The notes under the pieces were generated by a model, which was given only the letters and a program-made list of their open reading frames with translations, had not been told where the DNA came from and did not search any database. Both the position numbers and the translations under genes were made by a program. A DNA stretch of 64,000 nt from Bacteroidota bacterium (GTDB taxonomy: Bacteria > Bacteroidota > Bacteroidia > Palsa-948). Where the stretch lies: NCBI GenBank assembly GCA_023251675.1, contig JAHEYJ010000001.1, positions 1,671 through 65,670 on the forward strand. The letters are read 5' to 3'. This document shows, piece after piece, positions 46,451 to 57,299 of this stretch (its first letter is position 1; each line of letters begins with the position of its first letter).

Positions 46451-49400
46451 ATGAATAATTACAAAAAAAATATGAAGAACAAAGGTTTTTTAATCATCCC
46501 CGCATTGATTGCAGCAATCAGTGCCCCTGACTTTGTTTCAGCACGCGAAAATGTAAATAGTGGAAGTGGTAAGATTTCTCAGCCGCCTCCTTCTATTAAT
46601 GCGTCCTGTTCGGAAGCCACCGCGCAATCGGATCTGGCTGTAAATAATGTGCGTTGCCGCATATTAATGGGTGACATGTGGTGGGACCTGACGAACGGGC
46701 TGTATATTATTCCTAAAGCAGGAACGATCGGTTCAATCTTCGCCGGTTCTTTATGGATCGGTGGTATTGACATTGGAGGACAATTGAAAGTGGCTGCACA
46801 AACCTACCGCCAGACAGGAAACGATTTCTGGCCGGGGCCGCTTGATACAACCAGCGCTTCTACAGAATTGAATAATTGTGTTAAGTATGACAAACATTTT
46901 AGAATTACCAGGAAAGAGGTGGAGACCTTTGTCGCTTCCGGAACAATTACTTCCGGAATTACCAACTGGCCCGGAAACGGAGATGTGTCCAAAGGCCAGG
47001 CGCAATACCTCGCTCCCTTCTTTGATAAAGACGGCGATGGAATTTATAATTCTTCAGCCGGCGATTACCCGGGTTATGATCTTGTTGCAGGAGATAACTA
47101 CGGAGATTGCCGTGAAGTGAACTGTACCCCTGTTGACCAGCTGTTTGGAGATGAAACACTTTGGTGGGTGTTCAATGATGAAGGTAATATCCATAGTGAA
47201 ACAGGCGGAAAGGCAATTGGCCTGGAGATCCGCGCACAGGCGTTTGGATTTTTCACGGATGATGAAATCAATGACATGACCTTCTATAACTACCGTGTAT
47301 TTAACCGCTCTACTTACGAAGTGGACTCCTGTTATTTCGGGGTCTGGTGTGATGCCGATCTTGGAAACTATAACGATGACTTTGTAGGATGCGATGTTAA
47401 AAGAGGATTAGGCTTTACTTATAATGGTGATAATGATGACGAGGTGGGTTCCGCAGGTTACGGCGCTAATCCGCCTGCTATTGGGATTGATTATTTCCGC
47501 GGACCTCTTGCCGATCAGTATAAAGCGGATGGAGTTACGCCGGAAGGAAAAGACAATAACCGGAACTGTCAGATCGATGAGCCTTGCGAACAGGCGATCA
47601 TGTCCGGCTTTATGTATTACAATAATACCAACGGTGTCCCTAATGGGAATCCAAGCGGTGCTACGCATTTCTACAATTACCTTAAAATGAAATGGGGTGA
47701 CGGAACAGACGTGAAATACGGCGGAGACGGATATTCAAGTTCCGGGCCGGTTTGTAACTTTATGTTCCCGGGAAGTCCTACTTCGGATGAGCATGATTGG
47801 GGGATCGGAGGCAATTGTTCTACAACCCCTTCGCTTTTAGGATGGGATGAAAATACGGCAGGCAACACACCTGCTGACCGTCGTATGCTTTTATCTGCCG
47901 GACCGTTTACGTTAAAACCCGGAGCGCTGAATGTGATCACTACCGGAGTGGTTTGGGCAAGAGCATCTTCAGGAGGTGCGCAGGCATCTGTAACAAAGTT
48001 ACGTATCGTTGACGATAAAGCGCAAGCCCTTTTTGATAATTGTTTTAAAGTACTGGACGGGCCTAATGCTCCTGATGTAACCATTCAGGAAATGGACAAA
48101 GAACTTATACTCTATCTTTCAAACACAGATCCGACTTCAAATAACTTCAACGAAACCTACCAGGAGTTTGATCCGCTGATCGCATTGCAGGATACGGGTG
48201 GAAATAAAGTTAAGGTGGATACTACTTATAACTTTGAAGGATATAAAATTTACCAGTTAAAAAAATCGACAGTAACGGCTAATGATCTGGATAATCCGGA
48301 CCTGGCACGCCTGATCGGACAGTGTGATGTGAAGAACGGAGTATCACGCATCATCAACTATGAATTTGACCAGTCACTCGGCGCTGGTGTTCCAAAAGAA
48401 AAAGTGAATGGAGGCGATGTGGGCATCGCACATACATTTAAAGTTACATCGGATGCTTTTTCTTCGGGAGCCAGCACGCTTATTAATCAGAAGACCTATT
48501 ATTTCATGGTCGTAGCGTACGGGTATAATGAATTTAAGAAATACCAGCCGGATACGCCTCCGGGTGATAATCCATTTACGCCGGCCTATAACGGTCAGAA
48601 GAAACCCTATAAGCAAGGGCGTAAAAATATTTATCCTTATGCGGCTATTCCCCATATTCCAACGCCGGAAACCGGAGGAACAGTAGCTAATTCCGAATAT
48701 GGAACCAATCCTTCCATTACAAGAATTGAGGGAACCGGAAACGGAGGGCTGCAACTTGAATACACTTCAGCAACAGTAAGTGCGATCCTTGCATCCGCAG
48801 ACAGCAGGTACAAAACGCCTTCCTATGTTGCAGGATACGGGCCGGTCAATGTAAAAGTTATTGATCCTCTTAATGTACCCGAAGGCAATGCATTCACTTT
48901 AAAGTTTGATACGGTTCCGTTGATTGTGTACACAGGAAACGTGGGAGCATTTCAGGTAGGTGAAACAATTTCTACCTCGGTTCTCCCTACCCCAGGCAAA
49001 CCTTCAGCTGTTGTTGTTGATAATAATGGAAAGAGGATGCATATAAAGGATATTGCAAACGGCCCATTTTTGGTCAATGATTCGATTATCGGCAGTACAA
49101 GTTCTGCTTATGCCAAGGTGGAGCGTTATTCTAATCCTGGAAGAAATATTACAAATTCCAATTGGATATTGACCAATAATACAACCGGTGAAAAGGTTTG
49201 GTCAGATCAGACCATTCAGGCTGTAAATGAACAGTTGTTTATGAATTGGGGCCTTTCTATTTCAATTGAGCAAGTGATCGATCCGGGTCTTGCAGGTTCT
49301 ATTAATAATGGCTTTATCGGGGCGTCAATGACCTTTTCCGATCCATCTAAAAAGTGGCTTTCAGGAGTTGCTGACCAGGACGGGCCGTATTATGAAAACT

Positions 49401-51034
49401 GGATCCGTTCAGGAACAATAACAGGCAGTGACGCATTCCAGAATGATTATACCACCGTGGATGACAAGCAGGTTTATGAAGCTGTAATCGGAGCAACATG
49501 GGCCCCTTACCGGCTAACTGCCTGCACGGATGCATTAATGACTGCGGGATATGATGGAACTAAATTTTACGGAGGTCCTGGCTTCAAGGCCAGCTTTATG
49601 AATCAACCGCAGATGAAAGACCTTGCCAGTGTTGATATTGTTCTGACAAGTGATAAAAGTTTGTGGACACGGGCAGCAGTTATTGAAATGAGTGAAGACA
49701 CCAATTATTCTTTAAACACTTCAGGCGCTGCCAAGAAAGCTAGGAAACTGGATTACAGGAGATCTCCTTCTGTGGATAAGAATGGCGTTGCCAACTACCC
49801 ATCTGCCGATAACAATGATTTCGCTGACGGTATGGGCTGGTTCCCGGGTTATGCTATTAATCTTGAAACAGGGGAGCGGCTCAATATTGCTTTTGGTGAA
49901 AACTCTGCTCTTAATGCGAATGGAGGAGCACTGGTTAGAGATACAATTTCCGGTACTTTCCAGGTAGGTGAATTGGTTACCGGAGGAACATCCGGTGCAA
50001 CCGGAACGATCCTTTCTAACAGCGGATCGTCAAATGGCGCCACCATGAATCTGAAAACAGTTTCAGGTACATTTAAAGTAGCAGAGACCATCACCGGCGG
50101 AACAAGCGGCGCTTTGGGAAAAGTGGTTAAGTATACTTCGTTTGATCAGAATGGAGCGGATATGAAATGGAACCCGACTGCAAAAACTACCGGTGTTGTG
50201 CCTTGGGTAGCAGGAGCTACCGGCCCGGTTTTCGGAGGACAACATTATATTTATGTATTCGGACACAATAAAGACAATACGCCTCCGCCACCTCCTCTGG
50301 TTACGCCTTTAGATTCTATTAATGTTCCGCGTTACGACCGTGGTTATAGAATCCGTCAGATATTAAGCTGGGATAACGGGCAGCCTGCTGATGCAAAAAA
50401 ACGTGAACTCTATCGTGATGCAATGTGGGTAAGCATCCCTCTTCTTCAGTCAGGACAAAGTTTACTTTCTTCAGATGTGACCATTCGTTTGAGGGTAGGA
50501 AAATCGTATAAGCCAGGATATTCTCCTGCCTATTATACAAACGGAACCGCCTCGGTTTATACAGATACAGCTTCAACCGCATTCGGGCAAAATTATAATT
50601 TGCCTATGTATACATTTTCGACGGAAGGACTTTCCACAACCATTAATGATCATGATCTGGCCGTTTCGGCTCTTGACCTGATTAAGGTTGTTCCAAATCC
50701 GTACTATGCATTCTCAGCGTATGAAAATGGGACCCTTGATAACCGGGTGAAGATCACCAATCTGCCTGAGACCTGCACAATTTCAATTTATAACCTGAGC
50801 GGTACACTCATTCGTAAATTCGTAAAAGGTGAACCGAGCACCAACCATACGCCTAAAGGTTTATCGGATCCTGCCTCATGGCACAATGAAAGTCTTGACT
50901 GGGATTTGAAGAACACAGCTACAATTCCTATTTCAAGCGGTATCTATATTTTCCATGTGGAAGTGCCCGGTGTGGGTGAAAAAGTGGTCAAGTGGTTTGG
51001 TATCATGCGGCCGATCGATCTCGATTCATTCTAA
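46451..51034 (+). CDS. very large secreted protein of unknown function ending in a T9SS type-A C-terminal sorting domain
   Basis: 1527 aa. Signal peptide. C-terminal ~90 aa …KVVPNPY…ISIYNLSGTLIRKF…SGIYIFHVEVPGVGEKVVKWFGIMRP fits Por_Secre_tail. No terminator before the downstream OMP gene. Confidence 0.7.
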   Translation: MNNYKKNMKNKGFLIIPALIAAISAPDFVSARENVNSGSGKISQPPPSINASCSEATAQSDLAVNNVRCRILMGDMWWDLTNGLYIIPKAGTIGSIFAGSLWIGGIDIGGQLKVAAQTYRQTGNDFWPGPLDTTSASTELNNCVKYDKHFRITRKEVETFVASGTITSGITNWPGNGDVSKGQAQYLAPFFDKDGDGIYNSSAGDYPGYDLVAGDNYGDCREVNCTPVDQLFGDETLWWVFNDEGNIHSETGGKAIGLEIRAQAFGFFTDDEINDMTFYNYRVFNRSTYEVDSCYFGVWCDADLGNYNDDFVGCDVKRGLGFTYNGDNDDEVGSAGYGANPPAIGIDYFRGPLADQYKADGVTPEGKDNNRNCQIDEPCEQAIMSGFMYYNNTNGVPNGNPSGATHFYNYLKMKWGDGTDVKYGGDGYSSSGPVCNFMFPGSPTSDEHDWGIGGNCSTTPSLLGWDENTAGNTPADRRMLLSAGPFTLKPGALNVITTGVVWARASSGGAQASVTKLRIVDDKAQALFDNCFKVLDGPNAPDVTIQEMDKELILYLSNTDPTSNNFNETYQEFDPLIALQDTGGNKVKVDTTYNFEGYKIYQLKKSTVTANDLDNPDLARLIGQCDVKNGVSRIINYEFDQSLGAGVPKEKVNGGDVGIAHTFKVTSDAFSSGASTLINQKTYYFMVVAYGYNEFKKYQPDTPPGDNPFTPAYNGQKKPYKQGRKNIYPYAAIPHIPTPETGGTVANSEYGTNPSITRIEGTGNGGLQLEYTSATVSAILASADSRYKTPSYVAGYGPVNVKVIDPLNVPEGNAFTLKFDTVPLIVYTGNVGAFQVGETISTSVLPTPGKPSAVVVDNNGKRMHIKDIANGPFLVNDSIIGSTSSAYAKVERYSNPGRNITNSNWILTNNTTGEKVWSDQTIQAVNEQLFMNWGLSISIEQVIDPGLAGSINNGFIGASMTFSDPSKKWLSGVADQDGPYYENWIRSGTITGSDAFQNDYTTVDDKQVYEAVIGATWAPYRLTACTDALMTAGYDGTKFYGGPGFKASFMNQPQMKDLASVDIVLTSDKSLWTRAAVIEMSEDTNYSLNTSGAAKKARKLDYRRSPSVDKNGVANYPSADNNDFADGMGWFPGYAINLETGERLNIAFGENSALNANGGALVRDTISGTFQVGELVTGGTSGATGTILSNSGSSNGATMNLKTVSGTFKVAETITGGTSGALGKVVKYTSFDQNGADMKWNPTAKTTGVVPWVAGATGPVFGGQHYIYVFGHNKDNTPPPPPLVTPLDSINVPRYDRGYRIRQILSWDNGQPADAKKRELYRDAMWVSIPLLQSGQSLLSSDVTIRLRVGKSYKPGYSPAYYTNGTASVYTDTASTAFGQNYNLPMYTFSTEGLSTTINDHDLAVSALDLIKVVPNPYYAFSAYENGTLDNRVKITNLPETCTISIYNLSGTLIRKFVKGEPSTNHTPKGLSDPASWHNESLDWDLKNTATIPISSGIYIFHVEVPGVGEKVVKWFGIMRPIDLDSF

Positions 51035-51071
51035 ATAAATTGAAATAAATTAAGAATAAAAAACAGAAGAT

Positions 51072-52148
51072 ATGAAGCAGAAATTAAAAATCATCACAGC
51101 GATCCTGACCACCGGTTTTATTGCTGGTAATGCATTTGCCGGCAATCAGGATCGTGCGGGATCAGCCGGAGCATCGGAGCTGCTGCTCAATCCATGGGCA
51201 AGAACTTCCGGATGGGGCAGTTCAAATGTTGCCGGTGTGAGAGGGCTGGAAGGACAATTCCTCAATGTAGCAGGAACGGCCTTTACCAAGAAAACAGAAT
51301 TATTGTTTTCGCATACCAATTATCTGAAAGGAACCGGGATAGGAGTTAACGCATTTGGTTTTACCCAGAGAGTGGGTGAGACCGGCGTACTGGGCCTTGG
51401 ATTCATGTCGATGAACTTTGGTGATATCGAAGTGACCACCACCGATATGCCTGAAGGCGGATTGGGAAAATATTCTGCGACCTTTATGAATATGGGGATA
51501 TCTTATGCAAAAGGATTTACCGATCATATTTTCGGAGGCCTTTGTGTAAGAGCGATCAACCAGCAGATCCCTGATGCAAAAGCGTCCGGTGTTGCGTTGG
51601 ATGCCGGCATTCAATACGTGGCAGGAAAACAGGACAATGCCCACTTCGGTATTTCCTTAAAAAATGTGGGTCCAAAAATGCAATTCAGGGGAGATGGCCT
51701 TTCATTCAGAGAAGTGCTGGACTATAATGGAACTTCCTGGACCGTTGATCAGCGCTCAGAATCATTTGAAATGCCTTCACAGGTTAATATCGGGGGCGCT
51801 TATGATTTCTATCTTGGCGGTGACACATCAAAGGTGCATCGGGTCACACTGGCAGGAGCCTTTGTTTCCAACTCATTTACAAAAGATGAGTTCAGATTCG
51901 GATTGGAATATGGATTCAGATCCTTCCTGATGCTTCGCGCCGGGTACGGATATGAAAAAGGAATTGGTACCGACGATCAATCAAAAGATAACTACAGAAC
52001 AACCGCACAAAAAGGCCTTAGCGCCGGTTTTACAGTGGAACTTCCGCTCAGCAAAACAAAAGGTACCACCTTTGGTTTGGATTATTCTTATCGCGCTACA
52101 GCGCCATTTGATGGAACACACAGCATTGGAATCAGAATGAATTTGTAA
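51072..52148 (+). CDS. outer-membrane beta-barrel protein, possibly PorV/LptO-like (FadL-like) T9SS component
   Basis: 358 aa. Signal peptide. Alternating amphipathic strands. C-terminal aromatic residue. Immediately downstream of a CTD-bearing cargo gene. The family assignment is not verified. Confidence 0.35.
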   Translation: MKQKLKIITAILTTGFIAGNAFAGNQDRAGSAGASELLLNPWARTSGWGSSNVAGVRGLEGQFLNVAGTAFTKKTELLFSHTNYLKGTGIGVNAFGFTQRVGETGVLGLGFMSMNFGDIEVTTTDMPEGGLGKYSATFMNMGISYAKGFTDHIFGGLCVRAINQQIPDAKASGVALDAGIQYVAGKQDNAHFGISLKNVGPKMQFRGDGLSFREVLDYNGTSWTVDQRSESFEMPSQVNIGGAYDFYLGGDTSKVHRVTLAGAFVSNSFTKDEFRFGLEYGFRSFLMLRAGYGYEKGIGTDDQSKDNYRTTAQKGLSAGFTVELPLSKTKGTTFGLDYSYRATAPFDGTHSIGIRMNL

Positions 52149-52180
52149 GTCAAATAGATTTTCTTACCTTTGTTCAGGGA

Positions 52181-52216
52181 TTATCCAGACGCAAAACGTC
52201 TGGATAATCTTTTTTA
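52181..52216 (+). terminator. rho-independent terminator ending the TonB-receptor/CTD-protein/OMP transcription unit
   Basis: TTATCCAGACG-caaaa-CGTCTGGATAA followed by TCTTTTTT. Confidence 0.75.
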
Positions 52217-52244
52217 ATTAACCCACTTTACAATATTATTTACC

Positions 52245-52715
52245 ATGGCAGCCAGTTATGTTACAGAAGAAGGTCTTAAGAAATTAAAAGATGAACTTCA
52301 GCAGCTCAAGACCAAAGACCGTCCTTCCATTTCAAAGCAGATTGCTGAAGCTCGCGATAAAGGCGATCTGTCCGAGAATGCGGAATACGATGCCGCCAAG
52401 GAAGCGCAAGGCATGTTAGAGATGAGAATTTCAAAGCTGGAGGCCACGGTCCGCAATTCTAAAGTAGTGGGAAATACCAATCTGGATACTTCCAAAGTTG
52501 CCATACTCACCAAAGTGAAGATCAAAAATACAGCGAGCGGAAAGACGATGACGTATCATATTGTCCCGGAAACGGAAGCCAACTTAAAAGAAGGAAAGAT
52601 CTCAGTGGATTCTCCGATCGCAAAAGGATTGCTTGGAAAAAAAGTTAAAGATAAAGTAGAAGTGCAGGCCCCTGCCGGCAAACTTGTTTTTGAAATTATT
52701 GAAATCGGAAAATAA
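52245..52715 (+). CDS. greA: transcription elongation factor GreA
   Basis: 156 aa. N-terminal coiled coil with …DLSENAEYDAAKE…. C-terminal FKBP-like domain. Confidence 0.9.
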   Translation: MAASYVTEEGLKKLKDELQQLKTKDRPSISKQIAEARDKGDLSENAEYDAAKEAQGMLEMRISKLEATVRNSKVVGNTNLDTSKVAILTKVKIKNTASGKTMTYHIVPETEANLKEGKISVDSPIAKGLLGKKVKDKVEVQAPAGKLVFEIIEIGK

Positions 52716-52774
52716 TAAAGCATCGAAAAACGAAACGGTATGAAAAACAGTGTACGACAAATTTCCTCCTTAGT

Positions 52775-52865
52775 GTTTCTTAGTGATCTTAGTGCCTGCG
52801 TGGTAAATATTTTTCACCACTAAGCCACTTAGAGCACAAAGGTTCACTAAGAATACAAAATACAT
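52775..52865. repeat. ~90-bp palindromic TTAGTG-family repeat (copy 2)
   Basis: CTTAGTGTTTCTTAGTGATCTTAGTGCCTGCGTGGTAAATATTTTTCACCACTAAGCCACTTAG…, related to 12371-12462. Confidence 0.6.
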
Positions 52866-52957
52866 GACCTTTAATACAAGGAATTTTTGTCGTACGTCGT
52901 ATGAAAAATACGAAAGATGAAACATATTTGATTTTCGTGCTTTCGTATTAATTCTTT

Positions 52958-53365
52958 TTGAAGATTTACATGTCTGCCATTTTTTCAAAAATAGTTTCAG
53001 GAGAGATCCCCTGTTATAAAATAGCTGAATCAGAAAACTTTCTTGCATTTCTTGATGTGTTTCCTCTTGCGAAAGGGCATACGCTGGTGATTCCTAAAAA
53101 AGAAACGGATTATATTTTTGATATCAGCGATGAAGGTTTTTCCGGGCTGCATTTATTTTCTAAGAAAGTCGCCAAAGCAATTGAAAAAGCAGTTCCGTGC
53201 AAGCGGATCGGCGTAGCGGTGATCGGGCTGGAAGTGCCGCACGCACACATTCATCTCATTCCGCTTAATCATGTGAGCGATATTAATTTCTCTCGTCCTA
53301 AACTGGACGTGCCGAAAGAAGAGATGGAAGCGATCGCAAAAAAGATCCGTGAACAGCTATCCTGA
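52958..53365 (+). CDS. HIT-family (histidine triad) protein
   Basis: 135 aa. Histidine triad HAHIHLIP. Confidence 0.85.
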   Translation: MKIYMSAIFSKIVSGEIPCYKIAESENFLAFLDVFPLAKGHTLVIPKKETDYIFDISDEGFSGLHLFSKKVAKAIEKAVPCKRIGVAVIGLEVPHAHIHLIPLNHVSDINFSRPKLDVPKEEMEAIAKKIREQLS

Positions 53366-53947
53366 TTTTTTTCCTGGATTTAATTTTCTCTCCGGATTTT
53401 CTGATAAAAAGGATTTCCATCCTGAAAATTTCTTATTTGAAACGGTATTTTTCCTGATGGATTGCATGTTGTATTCAAAGTAATGACACAGGGCGGCGCC
53501 CAACGCATCAGTGGCATCCAGGTAATGCGGAAGGTTTTTTATATGAAGGATCTGCTGCAGCATGGCAGCCACCTGTTCTTTCGATGCGTTTCCGCTTCCG
53601 GTGATGGCCTGTTTTATTTTTTTGGGAGCATATTCAAAGATGGGGACTTCGCGCACCAATGCGGCTGCAATTGCAATGCCCTGCGCGCGCCCGAGTTTTA
53701 ACATGCTTTGAACGTTCTTTCCGAAAAAGGGAGATTCAATGGACAATTCATCGGGCTTGAACTGTTCGATCAGGTCGATCGTCCCTTCAAAGATCCTTTT
53801 CAACTTGAGCGGATGATCTTTCAGTTTTTGCATGGTAATGATCCCGGCTCCGAGCAATTTTATCTCGCGGCCAATGATATGAATGGCTCCATAACCCATG
53901 ATATTCGTACCGGGGTCAATTCCTAATATTACCTTATCGTTCTTCAT
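53357..53947 (-). CDS. ruvC: crossover junction endodeoxyribonuclease RuvC
   Basis: ILGIDPGTNIMGYGAI RNase-H-fold N-terminus. Catalytic acidic residues conserved. Confidence 0.9.
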   Translation of the reverse strand: MKNDKVILGIDPGTNIMGYGAIHIIGREIKLLGAGIITMQKLKDHPLKLKRIFEGTIDLIEQFKPDELSIESPFFGKNVQSMLKLGRAQGIAIAAALVREVPIFEYAPKKIKQAITGSGNASKEQVAAMLQQILHIKNLPHYLDATDALGAALCHYFEYNMQSIRKNTVSNKKFSGWKSFLSENPERKLNPGKKSG

Positions 53948-53990
53948 TGAATATATTTGCAAAGCTAATCTCTTAACGTTTTTGCTTTAA

Positions 53991-55115
53991 ATGATGATTT
54001 TCTTTTTACTAACATTCCTTGTTTGCGGAGTTTACCTGGCTTTGATGATCTTTTATTTCATCGGATGGAAAAATACTTCCCCCGAAACCATTTTGATCCC
54101 AGGGTCGAACACACAGACCCGAACCAAAGTGAGTATAATTCTTCCTGTACGAAACGAAGAAAAAAATATTCAACGGATTCTGAATCATCTTTCAAATCAG
54201 GACTATGAAAAAAATAAATATGAGATACTTGTTGTGGATGACTTCTCTGAAGACAGAACTTCGGAACTGGTAAAATCGGCCGGCATTTCAAATCTGAAGA
54301 TCGTCAGCCTGACGAAAAATGGGGGAAAGAAAAATGCGATCACTGAAGGAATATACCATTCAAAAGGAGAATTGATCATCACAACCGATGCCGATTGTGA
54401 GATGGGGGAGAAGTGGATCTCAACCCTCGTTTTTTTTTATGAGAAACAGCATCCTAAAATGATCGTTGCGCCTGTTTTGCTGAAAGACGAAACCACTTTT
54501 TCGGAAATCATGCAATCGCAGGAAATGACGGTACTTACCGCTTCTGCGTGCGCCTCCATTTATTATGAGACGCCCATTCTTTGCAGCGGGGCAAATCTTG
54601 CCTATGAAAAAGAAGCATTCCTTGCCGTGAATGGATTTGAGGGCGTCAACAAGACGGCGACGGGAGATGATGTTTTCCTGATGCTGAAAATCCAAAAATG
54701 TTTTCCGGGCGGAATTAAATACCTGAGGTCAAAAGAGGCCATTGTTTTTACTCATCCCGAGCCAAACTATTTTTCAGCATTGCGCCAGCGCCGCCGCTGG
54801 GCTTCAAAGACTTTTTCCTATGGATTCAGCCATGTGACAGGGGTGGCCATACTCATTTTCACAATGAATTTTTTTATTCTTCTTTCCGGAATCCTTTCCG
54901 CCATAAATGTTAAATTTGTGTTCGCCCTGATTATGCTGCTTTCGCTCAAATGCATTGTTGACCTTATGCTGCTACAATCTGCATCTTCCTTTTTCGGAAA
55001 AAGAATTCATTATGTCTTTTTCTTAATTGCTTCCATTCTATATCCCGTATACGTGACTTTCGTTGGCGTACTATCACCCATCACCAGTTATTCCTGGAAA
55101 GGAAGGAAATCTTAG
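53991..55115 (+). CDS. family-2 glycosyltransferase (membrane)
   Basis: 374 aa. IILPVRNEE…LVVDDFSEDRT DXD-type GT2 signatures. C-terminal TM helices. Confidence 0.8.
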   Translation: MMIFFLLTFLVCGVYLALMIFYFIGWKNTSPETILIPGSNTQTRTKVSIILPVRNEEKNIQRILNHLSNQDYEKNKYEILVVDDFSEDRTSELVKSAGISNLKIVSLTKNGGKKNAITEGIYHSKGELIITTDADCEMGEKWISTLVFFYEKQHPKMIVAPVLLKDETTFSEIMQSQEMTVLTASACASIYYETPILCSGANLAYEKEAFLAVNGFEGVNKTATGDDVFLMLKIQKCFPGGIKYLRSKEAIVFTHPEPNYFSALRQRRRWASKTFSYGFSHVTGVAILIFTMNFFILLSGILSAINVKFVFALIMLLSLKCIVDLMLLQSASSFFGKRIHYVFFLIASILYPVYVTFVGVLSPITSYSWKGRKS

Positions 55116-55118
55116 AAT

Positions 55119-56378
55119 ATGTTCGGAAAAAAAGTAAAGCGCAAGCGTTCATCATTTTCATTCCCCGCCATGATGTGGCACCGCCTGCGCAGGAACAGAT
55201 CGGCTTTGTTCGGAATGGTGGTGATCGGTATATCTATCATTATTGCATTACTGGGTTATTCCATCACGCCTGATTCTACTCCCAATGGAAATTTACAGTT
55301 CCCTGAGTTAAATATCAAAAGCCCCGGCTTCTCCATGCGGTTTCTGAAGGTGAGAAAAAATGATAATACGCCCAGTGTTGGTTTTTTCACAAAGATGCAG
55401 AACGGGGAACCCAATATCTGGCAGCTGATCCCGCTTTATGATTATTATTTTGAAGGCAACGATATTGTTGTTGAAGAATTTACCGGCACAACACCCAATG
55501 ACGGGCCCCAGATCAGGTTTAATTTAGCGGATGTGGTGTATGCAATGGATCTGAACCAGCCGTTTCACAGCTACCCCAACCGCGGGATAATGGAATTTTA
55601 TATCGTTGGAGATCCCACTCTTCAGAGCCTGACCATCGAGCAACTGCGCCATGAAGTGGAGACAAACTATATTGTAAACAAAAAATATTTACTTGGAACA
55701 GACCGGCTGGGACGTGATATGCTCAGCCGTTTGATGCTGGGCACCCGTGTTTCGCTGACGGTGGGATTGGTGTCAGTGCTCATCTCGTTGGTGATTGGTG
55801 TGGCCATCGGCGCTGTAGGCGGGTTTTTCCGCGGATGGGTGGATAATATTATCATGTGGGTCATCAACGTAGTCTGGTCCATTCCGACTTTATTGCTTGT
55901 CATTGCTATTACGCTTGTGCTCGGAAAAGGATTAGTTCAGGTATTTATCGCCGTCGGATTAACCATGTGGGTAGATGTTGCACGCGTAGTGCGCGGTCAA
56001 ACGCTCGGCATCCGGGAACAGGAATTCATTGAAGCGGGAAGAGCATTGGGCTTCACCAATCTTCGTCTTATCTTCAGGCATGTAATGCCAAACATTTTAG
56101 GGCCTGTCATAGTGATCTGTGCGGATAATTTTGCAAACGCAATTCTCATTGAAGCCGGACTGAGTTTTCTCGGTTTAGGCGCACAGCCGCCCACTCCGTC
56201 ATGGGGTGCGATGATCAGTGAACACCGGCCGTATATAACTACCGATGCCGCCTATCTTGCTATCATACCGGGACTTGCCATTATGATCATGGTTCTTGCT
56301 TTTGTGATCCTTGGCAATGGCCTGCGCGATGCAATTGATGTAAAAGCCGTTCAAAAAGAACAGGTGGCGGGATATTAA
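55119..56378 (+). CDS. ABC transporter permease (Opp/Dpp C-type)
   Basis: 419 aa. BPD_transp_1 EAA-like region …EAGRALGF…. Confidence 0.8.
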   Translation: MFGKKVKRKRSSFSFPAMMWHRLRRNRSALFGMVVIGISIIIALLGYSITPDSTPNGNLQFPELNIKSPGFSMRFLKVRKNDNTPSVGFFTKMQNGEPNIWQLIPLYDYYFEGNDIVVEEFTGTTPNDGPQIRFNLADVVYAMDLNQPFHSYPNRGIMEFYIVGDPTLQSLTIEQLRHEVETNYIVNKKYLLGTDRLGRDMLSRLMLGTRVSLTVGLVSVLISLVIGVAIGAVGGFFRGWVDNIIMWVINVVWSIPTLLLVIAITLVLGKGLVQVFIAVGLTMWVDVARVVRGQTLGIREQEFIEAGRALGFTNLRLIFRHVMPNILGPVIVICADNFANAILIEAGLSFLGLGAQPPTPSWGAMISEHRPYITTDAAYLAIIPGLAIMIMVLAFVILGNGLRDAIDVKAVQKEQVAGY

Positions 56379-56402
56379 TATTTTCACCAATCTTTCTTAC
56401 TT

Positions 56403-57287
56403 TTGCTCGCGGTTATTACCATGATTACGCTTCATCCCAAAGAACTTTCTATCCCTGCTTTGCAGGCCTATCTTGTACATGCTATTGCGCCGCGCCCGGT
56501 GGCATTTGTAAGTACAATGGATAAAAAAGGTAATGTGAATCTCAGCCCTTTCAGTTTTTTTAATGCCTTCAGCACCAATCCGCCTATCGTTGTTTTTTCG
56601 CCGGCAAGAAGCGGCAAAACCAATGCTACAAAACACACCCATGATAATATCCTGGAGGTCCCTGAAGCAGTTATTAATGTGGTGAACTATGAAATGGTGC
56701 ACCAGGTATCACTTTCAAGCAGTGACTATCCGAAAGGGGTGAATGAGTTTGAAAAAGCAGGATTCACGATGATGGATTCGGAACAGGTGAAACCGCCGCG
56801 CGTGAAGGAATCGCCTGTGCAGATGGAGTGCAAAGTAAAAGATATTATAGAACTTGGCAAGAATGCAGGTGCCGGCAATCTCGTGGTGTGCGAAGTGGTG
56901 CTCCTGCATATAAGTGATTCCGTTCTGAATGAAAAGAAACAAATAGATCAACATAAACTGGACTTGGTTGGAAGATTGGGCGCCAATTGGTACGTACGCG
57001 CTTCCGGCGATGCGTTGTTCGAACTGATCAAACCCCGTGGAGTTGGAATGGGGGTCGATGCCTTGCCTGAAAAAATAAGAAACAGCAAAGTGCTTTCCGG
57101 GAATAATCTGGGCCAGCTCGGAAATGCCGAAAAAATTCCTGCAAGAGAAGAGGTGATCACCTATAAAAACACGCATTTGAAAGGCATTACTTCTGAGGCA
57201 GAGATCCATTCTATAGCCAAAAAACTTTTAGATGAAGGCAGGGTAGAAGATGGATGGAAAACATTACTTTCACTTGAAAATCAATAA
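56403..57287 (+). CDS. flavin reductase-like FMN-binding domain protein
   Basis: Flavin_Reduct signature …RPVAFVST…GNVNLSPFSFFN…. Confidence 0.7.
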   Translation: MLAVITMITLHPKELSIPALQAYLVHAIAPRPVAFVSTMDKKGNVNLSPFSFFNAFSTNPPIVVFSPARSGKTNATKHTHDNILEVPEAVINVVNYEMVHQVSLSSSDYPKGVNEFEKAGFTMMDSEQVKPPRVKESPVQMECKVKDIIELGKNAGAGNLVVCEVVLLHISDSVLNEKKQIDQHKLDLVGRLGANWYVRASGDALFELIKPRGVGMGVDALPEKIRNSKVLSGNNLGQLGNAEKIPAREEVITYKNTHLKGITSEAEIHSIAKKLLDEGRVEDGWKTLLSLENQ

Positions 57288-57299
57288 AACTCTATACAA

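Noticed and set aside
46451-51034. Assigning the 1527-aa CTD protein as PorU (C25 peptidase)
   Set aside because: Only synteny with a PorV-like barrel supports it. I could not see gingipain-type catalytic His/Cys motifs by eye. It is left as unknown function.
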